A DNA stretch of 64,000 nt from contig BK006948.2 of NCBI GenBank assembly GCA_000146045.2, positions 896,001-960,000 on the forward strand, in the 5' to 3' direction. This DNA comes from TPA_inf: Saccharomyces (Eukaryota). The notes beneath the pieces are model-generated. The model was not told the origin of the DNA. It saw only the letters and a list, made by a program, of their open reading frames with translations, and ran no database searches. Below, in pieces: positions 22,606-32,700 of this stretch (positions within the stretch are counted from its first letter, which is position 1; each line of letters begins with the position of its first letter). Both the position numbers and the translations under genes were made by a program.

Positions 22606-25062
22606 CTACTGGGTTATTCTATTGGAATCTAGAAAATCGGAAAAGTTTTGTATTCTGATATCTCTTGTGCTATGTGGTGTCAACACATGTCCACGAAAAG
22701 GTACACTACCCTGGACACTAACAACACTTTCCAGTGGTGGTGACTGTACTGTGGTAAGGGATCTTTGCGAAGAGGAAGCAGGCTGGTAGTGATGTGCGGT
22801 TGGTGGTATCGTTAATTTATTTTGTGTGATCGTTACTTCCTGTACGTTAGGACCAGGTTCGAGCCCTTGGCTCTCATAGTTCCCAATATCTTCATCGCTG
22901 CCGCCCACAAAATCATCCTCTGATCTAACAGGAGTACTCATTGTTGAATAAAGTTTATTTTTGATTCCATTATTTATAGAGAGCTCGTAACATGGTGGCG
23001 AGAGCAACTCGACATCTTGGTAAATGGGAGGAACTTCTTCGTCCCAGGAGATTCCAAGTCCAGATCTTTCAGTGACTGTTAATCTGAATTGCATTCTTAA
23101 AACACGTGCTGCACCAGTGGGAACACTCACTATATTAGAGTTACTAGCACCGTTAGATGCCTTCTCCTTATTAGTACTATGGTTGGACTTATTACTATTC
23201 ACCGGTGTTATATCTTCAGGCCCCATGCGCCGTACTTTCGGTGTATTTCTATTTGCAAAAATTGGAGATAATTCAGCTAAGCGTTGATCAGGATTATGAA
23301 CATTCATCGTATTGTTATTAGTTTCTTTCTTGTTTTTGGAGTTTGGTTTCCGTATAGGTTGCCCATTGGCATATTGCAATGTTTCTTCTGCAACAACTAT
23401 TTCCACTGCCAAGATGTGGCTTACATACAAACCTAAATTTGGATCCTGTATATCGCAAGCCACATTGATGCTGGGCTTCTTATTGCCCGTGGAAGGAGTT
23501 TGTAGTGTCGATGCATGCATTACCGGATTAGAGACGCCTGAATTAAGTCCCATACAATCTATTTCTGTAACTAGCTCAATCTTTCCATTATTGTCAAAAT
23601 CGGTTTTCCATCCACTCTTCATTTCTCCCTTAGATATTATCCGAACCTCTTCCGTAAATAAACTACTGTTGTTTTTTAGCTCTTGTTGAAGTTGTTGTTG
23701 TCTTGCGCGTTGTTGCTGCATTAGTAACTCCTGACGCAAAGCGTCGTCACTGGGATGGATGAATTCGCTACCGGGTTGGTCTTCCTCATCTTCATTAACA
23801 GGATTTTCATCATCAAGTCCAACATTACCAGTTGACGCTGGACCCGAAGAATTAGGTGCTTGTTCACGACCGGGCTCGCCTGGAAGCCTTTGCGACGGCA
23901 TATTTTCTAAAGAGTTTACTGCAACCCGGATTTGTGGGCCTAGTTCACCATAACGCTTAATATGACTGCGTGGCTTTTTACTTTTTTCTGACTCTTTTAT
24001 TTTAACCTGCTCTTCTAACTGCCTCAATTCATGCTTGTGCACTGGACAAGCATGTGCTTTAACTCTTGTAGTTTCTTCAATTCTCCAACTCAATTTACGC
24101 ATTCGCCATCTCCTATCCCCCGAAGAAACACCGTCTAATTTCATCTCCAAAGGAAAAGTAGATTTAGGATATACAACATTAGGAAGAACAGCAGCAGCAG
24201 TTAACTCTGTAGGAGGAAATACTCTTAGAGAATTCTTATCAGGCCCGCGCGGTATACTTCGAGTCACGGCGATGGGCATCGCTAGTTGCAACAACCGCTT
24301 CTTAGAAGAGCTTCCTTCTTTCCTGGGAGTAGAATGACCGGAAGAAAAGGAATTTCTATGAGGATCTATATACGTCACAACAGCGATAAGTTCGTATTTG
24401 ACCTGGGTTTCAGCCGTAGCACCTAGCGATGAAGAACATGGGACAGACCCCGGTATAAGATAGGAAAATGGGTAAGAGTGGCTTCCAACAGAAAGATCCT
24501 GGGTATTACTCTGAATTTCCCAGCTTTTCATGTTTGTAATCTTTGTTTTACAGTTCATACAGGTTTGCATTGAGGAAATATTAGGCACAAAGGGTTTATG
24601 GAAATGGATCTTCTGTACCAAACTTAGTGTTACCGACGTAATGGTGATCTTGGTATAACCAGCCATTATTCTTAAATTAGCAGGCGTGGGAGAATGCGAT
24701 ATGGATGTAGAAGATGTTGAAGGAGAGATATTTGACGTCGACGCTGACAAGCTGGACAATCTAGATGAAAGTGCAGAACCAAATGTACTCTTTCTTTTTA
24801 GGCTTTTAGAAGTAGTCGACACATTAGATTCTGTATTCTTTAAAGATTTATCTTCAGCACTACTGTAGGGATCGACAACCGTCACAGTAAAAAGTCCACT
24901 TAGCACAGCACCTGAGGATTCCATAGCAGACCCATAAAGAACACATGGCGGTGATTCTACATCAATAGAAAGGGTTAGTGGAAGACTTTGTCCTTTTTTG
25001 TTGCTATTACTGTAGCCGTTATGATTGGACTGATGAGTAGATGTAAGACGTGAAAATGCCAT
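22606..25062 (-). CDS. LDB19: Alpha-arrestin / Rsp5 adaptor (Art1)
   Basis: 818-aa ORF with an arrestin-like fold region and two PY motifs (PPIY, PPCY) near the C-terminus. Recognised as Ldb19/Art1 (YOR322C). Confidence 0.88.
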   Translation of the reverse strand: MAFSRLTSTHQSNHNGYSNSNKKGQSLPLTLSIDVESPPCVLYGSAMESSGAVLSGLFTVTVVDPYSSAEDKSLKNTESNVSTTSKSLKRKSTFGSALSSRLSSLSASTSNISPSTSSTSISHSPTPANLRIMAGYTKITITSVTLSLVQKIHFHKPFVPNISSMQTCMNCKTKITNMKSWEIQSNTQDLSVGSHSYPFSYLIPGSVPCSSSLGATAETQVKYELIAVVTYIDPHRNSFSSGHSTPRKEGSSSKKRLLQLAMPIAVTRSIPRGPDKNSLRVFPPTELTAAAVLPNVVYPKSTFPLEMKLDGVSSGDRRWRMRKLSWRIEETTRVKAHACPVHKHELRQLEEQVKIKESEKSKKPRSHIKRYGELGPQIRVAVNSLENMPSQRLPGEPGREQAPNSSGPASTGNVGLDDENPVNEDEEDQPGSEFIHPSDDALRQELLMQQQRARQQQLQQELKNNSSLFTEEVRIISKGEMKSGWKTDFDNNGKIELVTEIDCMGLNSGVSNPVMHASTLQTPSTGNKKPSINVACDIQDPNLGLYVSHILAVEIVVAEETLQYANGQPIRKPNSKNKKETNNNTMNVHNPDQRLAELSPIFANRNTPKVRRMGPEDITPVNSNKSNHSTNKEKASNGASNSNIVSVPTGAARVLRMQFRLTVTERSGLGISWDEEVPPIYQDVELLSPPCYELSINNGIKNKLYSTMSTPVRSEDDFVGGSDEDIGNYESQGLEPGPNVQEVTITQNKLTIPPTAHHYQPASSSQRSLTTVQSPPLESVVSVQGSVPFRGHVLTPHSTRDIRIQNFSDFLDSNRITQ

Positions 25063-25534
25063 GGTAAAACGTATTGTTTAGTGAAATGTATACTAAGTAG
25101 GAGTAAAAATCAGCAATTTCTGGTGTTGAAATGTGAACAACAGCGTTCTCCTCCGAAAAAGCAAGCTATAACGTTGCTCAACTTTTGATTCCGAAATCAG
25201 AAGCTTAAATAAGGAAAACTGAAAGCTAATTGGATGAAGCACACAAACTTAATCAACCTTATTATTCAAAGTATTCGGAGCCCTAGTAAAAACTGCCTAT
25301 GATATGTATGAGTCGTGCTTTTCCGTCTGGTTTAATAAGTGTTCGAGTCAGCTCAAATCGCATTTTTGTCTTGAAGCTTCCGCCAAAAGAAAAAAAAAGT
25401 CGTTAATAGCGATACAAGTAAGCAATTAACTATCACACCATAGAATGAGTTGACAAGAGTACTTATTTGATGGCTTTACTGAACTATGTATACACGTCCT
25501 TCATACATGGAACTTAGCTTTATCCTAAAAATTT

Positions 25535-26905
25535 TTATAATGTCACAGTCTTTATATCTAAATCCTTGTGAACAAAAGCTTTGTTACCACCAGCACCAAG
25601 GTAGTCACTAGCAACCTGGCCGTCACCTCTTATTTGGTATTGATAACTCACCAGACCGTCCAAGCCAACTGGACCACGGGCGTGAATCTTAGAGGTAGAA
25701 ATACCCACTTCAGCACCAAAACCGTACCTGAAACCATCGGCAAATCTAGTTGATGCATTCCAGTAAACACCAGAGGAGTCGACACCCTTCATAAATTTTT
25801 CAGCGTTTGCTTTATTTTCCGTTACAATAGCGTCGGTATGTCTCGAAGAGTGTGTATTTATATGTTGAATGGCCGATTCTGTAGATGTAACAAACTTGGC
25901 AGCCAAATCCAAGGATAAAAATTCCTTATCAAAATCTTGCTCCTCATCAGCATCAACGGTTTTGCATTGAATTGCTTCTGTCAATTTCCCTAACTCATTC
26001 AGTTTATCAAAATACGCAGTTTTCAAATCTTTTGTAGCGTGGATAGTCACTCCGCCTTCCAAAGTTAAGTTTTCCAGAACTTCCCACCACTTAGAGAATT
26101 TTGGGTTAATCAACAACGTTTCCATAGCGTTGCAACCAGCTGGGTAGTTAGTCTTTGCATCCAAACTAATTCTTTTTGCCTTAATCAAATCTGCGTCTTC
26201 ATCCAAGTAAATTGAGCAGATACCATCCGCATGACCCAACACGGGAATTTTTGTAGTGTCCTTGATTTTTCTGACTAAGGCATTGGAACCACGAGGAACA
26301 ACTAAGTCGATGTACTCATCTTGATCCAACAAGTCGGAAACATCCTGTCTGGTTTCGATCAATTGCACAGAGCCCACAGGAACACCAGTCTCACTTTGGA
26401 ATTGTGCAATGGTGTCGTTAACGATCTTTGCCATTTCTCTGAACGTGTTCACAGACTCTTTACCACCCTTCAAAATTGCAGCATTACCAGACTTGATACT
26501 CAATGCGGTAATATTGGCAATAACTTCTGGACGGGATTCAAAGATAACTAACAAAACGCCGACTGGAGCGGTTACTTGGTACAACGTCAAGCCATCATCT
26601 AATTCCCTGGCCATTTTAACCTTGCCAACAGGGTCTTCTAGTTCGGCTACATCCTTAATACCTTGTAACATAACTTCAAATTTGTCCCCTTTAAATAGGT
26701 CGAGACGTTTCAATAAAGAATCCGCTAGGCCAGTCTCTTTGGCAACAGCTAAATCGATTTTATTCGCTTCTTCAATGGCATGCGCATTAGCCTTCAGGGC
26801 ATCGTGAATTTTGTATAAAATATCTGATCTGCCCTCGTTTGAGATGGTTTTCAAAATATTCCCTGCTTTACGGGCATTTTTGGCTATTTGTTGTGAACTG
26901 GACAT
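25535..26905 (-). CDS. PRO2: Gamma-glutamyl phosphate reductase (proline biosynthesis)
   Basis: 456-aa ORF of the aldehyde-dehydrogenase superfamily. Recognised as Pro2 (YOR323C). Confidence 0.9.
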   Translation of the reverse strand: MSSSQQIAKNARKAGNILKTISNEGRSDILYKIHDALKANAHAIEEANKIDLAVAKETGLADSLLKRLDLFKGDKFEVMLQGIKDVAELEDPVGKVKMARELDDGLTLYQVTAPVGVLLVIFESRPEVIANITALSIKSGNAAILKGGKESVNTFREMAKIVNDTIAQFQSETGVPVGSVQLIETRQDVSDLLDQDEYIDLVVPRGSNALVRKIKDTTKIPVLGHADGICSIYLDEDADLIKAKRISLDAKTNYPAGCNAMETLLINPKFSKWWEVLENLTLEGGVTIHATKDLKTAYFDKLNELGKLTEAIQCKTVDADEEQDFDKEFLSLDLAAKFVTSTESAIQHINTHSSRHTDAIVTENKANAEKFMKGVDSSGVYWNASTRFADGFRYGFGAEVGISTSKIHARGPVGLDGLVSYQYQIRGDGQVASDYLGAGGNKAFVHKDLDIKTVTL

Positions 26906-27023
26906 CTTTATATTGGTTGCCTGTGCTCCTTTTTGTTCTTACTCTTTTTACCAATACGCTTTTACTTTTTCTCTTCTTTTCTTGAAGCTTTTTGAAAAAC
27001 GTCTGTCGACTTTTTTCATTTTT

Positions 27024-27030
27024 TGACTCA
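27024..27030. promoter_or_regulatory. Gcn4 consensus site TGACTCA upstream of PRO2
   Basis: Perfect palindromic GCRE, read directly, about 120 bp upstream of the PRO2 ATG. Amino-acid biosynthetic genes are typical Gcn4 targets. A 7-mer alone is weak evidence. Confidence 0.45.
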
Positions 27031-27125
27031 TTGACCCAACGCCACAAATGAACAAAGAAATTTGGCCACTGCATCGCCTTTCCTGCCCCATTGATTCAAA
27101 TGTCCATGCGCGTTGATTGATGTGT

Positions 27126-27146
27126 GATATATATATATATATATAT
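27126..27146. repeat. (AT)n microsatellite
   Basis: atatatatatatatatatata read directly. Confidence 0.8.
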
Positions 27147-27231
27147 GTATATAGATGTATATTATTATGTTCAGAGGTGATTTTATCTTTGTACGCGTAC
27201 CATTTTTGTAAAGTGACCTTGTTTTGACTTT

Positions 27232-29046
27232 TTAACGAGTAAAAAAACGAGTTAACAAATTCTTGACGTAAACGATAAAGCCGCCCATCAAAAGAAATGC
27301 AATAATGTCAATGATGAAATACCTATACAGGTAGATGGATTTCGTGTTGTTCTTCGATTTATTTAACACGTTTTTCAGCTCTATCAAACTATCCATTTCC
27401 CTTAGAGAGGACTTTTGTTTATTTAATCTCTCTTGGCAAACCTCCATTCTCCTTTCCAATCCTTGTAATTGCGCTACACTTTCTTCGACTGATATCTTTA
27501 ATTCATTAATAAACGCCTTATTGTCATCCTCGTCAAAGTCTGATTTCAACTTGACCAAGAATTGATTAATCACCGTGGTTCGCAAGGTGGTCATTTCGTC
27601 TAATAAAAGGGTTAACTCTCCTGATAGAAGATCATACTTTTGGATAGTTTTTTGAACGTTGTTTTCATTCTTGATTATTGTATCGTTTAAATTTCTTCTC
27701 ATCTCATTCTCGATCTTCACTAGAAGTGTCGAAATATGATTTTGATAATAATTCAATTCATCAATGTTATCATTCAAATTTGAGTTGCTCTTCGAAATAG
27801 AGTTTGAGCTAGAATCAGGAGTGGCTGCGGAGCCATTATTATTGTTCACCTTCAGTACACTCTTGAACCTAGTGGAAGAATCCGCTGACTTCTGCCTATT
27901 CAGTAAATACTTAAATCCCAAGGTATCGGTGCCAGGTGCAGTGGAAGAGCCTGATGAATTCCTTGGTTTCCTCTGGTTAGTCAAATATCCTAAAGAGGGA
28001 TATACACCGTTTAAACTTCTTCTATCCACATCTTCTGAATCTGATGAGGTGGATGACGTGGACGAAAAGGCTGATGACGACAAAAATGCTGGTACATTAG
28101 AACGGGAATACAGAAATGACGAAGAATCGTTGACAGCAGAACCGTCCAAATCATGATAAAACAAAGATGTGCTGGGGGAGGAGTTTACGGAAATTTGTGA
28201 TTGAGAATGCATATTCCCTAATTTAATGCCGCCAGCGGTGGATGAGGGCTCAAACACTACCGACTCCCTCAACGTATCAAATGGGTCTGAATTTCCCAAA
28301 GAAGGCTGTAAAAATTGGTTAACCAATCGTTTCCTCTCATAATCAAAAGAACCAGCGGATGATCTACGTTGCGAAGAGGAGGAACCCTGTATTTGATTGA
28401 AAGCTAGCCCAGTATGACAGCTTTGGAAAACGGACATCGAACCACGACGTCCTTTACTAAGGCAAGACAATCTGGCCCTATTAGAGTTGAAGTCGGTTTT
28501 CGGCGACACTCTGAATGGATCATCCAAACTGGATGCCCCACTATATGATCTACTGTGTCGACCTACTCTGTTATCGATGTCATCTTCAAACAAAAAATCG
28601 CTAAACTTCCCGGTTTTGGTCGATCCCAGGACAGGTAAGCTAGTCATTTCCAATGAACGTTGTCGTACCCCATGTGCCCTATTCTTTGTCACATATAAAT
28701 GTCTCCTATCATGCAGCGCAGGCTGTTCCTCCTTTTCTTTCTCCCTTTCCTTTTGTAACAACGATCCCAAGTTTACTTCAGTGCTTGGTCTTGGGACCAC
28801 CGGATTATCATTCACTGCTATGACAGGTAATCTAGAAGATGATTTCGAAAAGTGTGCAACATTTGTTTTAGCTTGTAGAGGTTCCGGCTGCGGCTGCGGC
28901 TGTAGACCGGATTCTTTTATCTTCACTGCGTCGCCACTGGAAGCCCTTCTTCCCTTACAAAAGCCTCTTGGGAATGAAGGAGGTAACAGGGTACAGTTCC
29001 TCGATCCGGGATTCTCCATCCGGTCAATTAGCAAGTTCATTTTCAC
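27232..29046 (-). CDS. FRT1: Tail-anchored ER membrane protein, calcineurin substrate (Frt1/Hph1)
   Basis: 604-aa Ser-rich ORF with a single C-terminal TM ([17 protein letters not shown]) and a PxIxIT-type calcineurin docking motif PVIAVN. Recognised as Frt1 (YOR324C). The first ATG may not be the one used, since the ORF opens MKM. Confidence 0.82.
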
Positions 29047-29720
29047 TTAATGTATCAACTATAACTTAAACCAAAAAAAAAAAAAAATTTAGATATGGGA
29101 AGGTCTTTTCCTCCACAAATAGGGTGAACTATCCGACCCAGATCAATAAATAAATAGGCTCGAAGACGCCTCAGAACTCCGGTCACTGGTTTGTCTTGTT
29201 GATATACGATGTGCCAAGCGCCGTTTCTCGATGCTTATCTGGTTTAGTTTACGCTGTTAAAACCAAAACCCCAACAGATTTTCGACCCTAACGTATGTAG
29301 GGCTAAAATAGATATTGAGTAGGTTACAATTAATTATTGGCAATTGCACCTAGTGACACATTTACGAAAACGTAGGGCAAAAACTATTACCCGACCCAGG
29401 GCTATTTTGTGATTTTTTCCTTTTTTTTGTTTATGATCGCGCTTCTCGAAAAGCCAAATATCAGAAATCCCAAACACGCCTTCATTTGATACGATTCGTA
29501 GCCTGCGTTTCAGAGATCTATCAACTTTGCAAGGCCAATCAGAGAACAAAAAAGTCTCGCAAAGTCATTTCACTTTTCTCGCTTGAAATTATTCGTTCGA
29601 TTTCTGGCTGCTTGCTTGTTTTTTGTTTTCTAAGGTACTATTCGACACCATTCCATTGGACAGCGATACTTATACCATTGTACATATAGGACATAAAAAC
29701 AGCAGATATTACAGCGTATA

Positions 29721-32700
29721 ATGTCTTTTGAAGTGGGTACACGATGCTGGTATCCCCATAAAGAATTGGGCTGGATTGGGGCGGAAGTAATCAAAAATGA
29801 GTTCAACGACGGCAAGTACCACCTGGAGTTACAATTGGAAGACGATGAAATCGTGTCCGTGGACACAAAAGACTTGAATAACGATAAGGACCAATCTCTA
29901 CCGCTTCTTAGAAACCCTCCCATTTTGGAAGCAACGGAAGATTTGACCTCTTTATCTTACTTGAATGAGCCAGCTGTTTTACATGCCATCAAACAGCGCT
30001 ATTCTCAATTGAATATCTACACATACTCGGGTATTGTTCTGATTGCTACAAACCCTTTTGATCGTGTCGACCAGCTTTATACACAAGACATGATCCAAGC
30101 ATATGCGGGAAAGCGCAGAGGTGAACTGGAACCTCACTTGTTTGCCATTGCCGAAGAAGCGTATAGGTTGATGAAAAATGACAAACAAAATCAAACCATT
30201 GTGGTAAGTGGTGAATCTGGTGCTGGAAAAACGGTTTCTGCCAAGTATATTATGCGTTATTTTGCTTCTGTAGAAGAGGAAAATTCCGCTACTGTACAAC
30301 ATCAAGTGGAAATGTCGGAAACAGAACAAAAGATTCTAGCTACAAACCCTATCATGGAAGCATTTGGTAATGCTAAGACTACCAGAAATGACAATTCTTC
30401 CAGATTTGGTAAGTATCTAGAAATTTTATTCGATAAGGACACATCTATTATTGGAGCAAGGATCCGCACATACTTGTTGGAACGGTCCAGATTAGTTTAC
30501 CAGCCGCCAATTGAGAGAAACTACCACATATTTTATCAATTAATGGCTGGATTACCAGCTCAAACCAAGGAGGAATTGCATCTTACCGATGCCTCAGATT
30601 ACTTCTACATGAACCAAGGCGGTGACACCAAGATCAACGGTATTGATGATGCCAAAGAATACAAAATTACAGTAGATGCATTGACATTAGTCGGAATCAC
30701 CAAGGAAACTCAACACCAAATATTTAAGATCTTGGCCGCACTTCTGCATATCGGTAACATAGAAATTAAAAAAACTAGAAATGATGCATCACTATCAGCT
30801 GATGAGCCAAACCTGAAACTGGCGTGCGAATTGCTGGGAATTGATGCCTACAACTTTGCCAAATGGGTCACCAAAAAGCAGATCATTACAAGGTCAGAGA
30901 AAATTGTTTCGAATCTAAATTATAGTCAAGCTCTGGTTGCCAAAGATTCCGTGGCTAAGTTTATTTATTCCGCCCTTTTCGATTGGCTTGTGGAAAATAT
31001 CAACACCGTGTTATGCAACCCGGCTGTGAACGACCAAATTAGCTCATTTATTGGTGTTCTGGATATTTATGGGTTTGAACATTTTGAAAAAAATTCATTT
31101 GAACAATTTTGTATTAACTATGCCAACGAAAAACTACAACAAGAGTTCAACCAACATGTTTTCAAATTAGAGCAAGAAGAATACGTTAAAGAAGAAATTG
31201 AATGGTCTTTTATAGAGTTTAATGATAATCAACCTTGTATTGATCTGATTGAAAACAAGTTGGGTATTTTATCACTGCTTGACGAAGAAAGTAGGTTACC
31301 TGCTGGTTCCGACGAATCTTGGACCCAAAAACTTTATCAAACTTTGGATAAATCTCCTACGAACAAAGTATTTTCTAAACCAAGATTCGGGCAAACTAAA
31401 TTTATCGTGAGCCATTATGCTCTAGATGTCGCTTATGATGTGGAAGGATTTATTGAAAAAAATAGAGACACCGTATCTGACGGACATTTGGAAGTGTTGA
31501 AGGCTTCTACCAACGAGACACTAATAAATATCTTAGAGGGATTAGAAAAAGCTGCCAAAAAACTGGAAGAAGCGAAAAAGCTTGAATTAGAGCAGGCTGG
31601 CAGTAAAAAGCCAGGTCCGATAAGAACGGTTAACAGGAAACCCACTTTAGGTTCCATGTTTAAGCAATCTTTGATTGAACTAATGAATACCATCAACTCA
31701 ACTAATGTTCATTATATTCGTTGTATAAAGCCTAATGCAGATAAAGAAGCTTGGCAATTTGATAATTTGATGGTGTTGTCTCAACTCAGAGCCTGTGGTG
31801 TTTTGGAAACTATTAGAATATCTTGTGCTGGGTTTCCTTCTAGGTGGACTTTTGAAGAATTTGTATTAAGATATTACATCTTGATACCACATGAGCAGTG
31901 GGACCTAATCTTCAAAAAAAAGGAAACTACAGAAGAAGATATCATATCAGTGGTTAAAATGATCCTAGATGCTACTGTAAAGGACAAATCCAAGTACCAG
32001 ATTGGTAATACAAAAATTTTCTTCAAAGCAGGTATGCTTGCATATCTGGAAAAACTTAGAAGCAATAAGATGCATAATTCAATTGTTATGATCCAGAAGA
32101 AAATTAGAGCTAAATATTACCGTAAGCAGTATTTGCAAATATCTCAGGCCATCAAGTATTTGCAGAACAACATCAAAGGTTTCATCATTCGTCAACGCGT
32201 TAATGATGAAATGAAAGTTAACTGTGCAACTTTATTACAGGCCGCTTACAGGGGTCATTCCATCCGTGCCAATGTGTTCAGCGTATTGAGAACAATTACA
32301 AATTTGCAAAAGAAAATTAGAAAGGAACTAAAACAAAGACAACTGAAACAAGAACATGAATATAATGCTGCGGTAACTATTCAAAGTAAAGTTAGGACCT
32401 TTGAGCCGAGATCGAGATTTTTACGCACTAAAAAAGACACTGTTGTTGTCCAATCTTTGATCAGAAGAAGAGCTGCTCAAAGGAAATTGAAACAATTGAA
32501 GGCAGACGCTAAATCAGTTAATCATCTGAAAGAAGTGAGCTATAAATTAGAGAATAAAGTGATTGAACTGACGCAGAATCTAGCATCCAAGGTCAAAGAA
32601 AATAAAGAAATGACAGAAAGAATTAAAGAACTACAGGTTCAAGTGGAAGAAAGTGCCAAGTTACAAGAGACATTAGAAAATATGAAAAAAGAGCACTTAA

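Noticed and set aside
22850-22866. ggttcgagccc, resembling a tRNA B-box (GGTTCGANTCC)
   Set aside because: It lies inside the LDB19 coding sequence. There is no A-box, acceptor-stem complementarity or T-stem context around it. No tRNA gene is supported anywhere in the window.
23024-24337. Several 64-125-aa plus-strand ORFs inside LDB19
   Set aside because: They are antisense to a long verified ORF and carry no independent signal.
28487-29050. 187-aa plus-strand ORF antisense to the FRT1 N-terminus (probably the catalogued dubious ORF YOR325W)
   Set aside because: It lies fully inside the FRT1 coding region on the opposite strand. It is Cys/Ser-rich and low-complexity with no recognisable domain, which is typical of a spurious antisense ORF.
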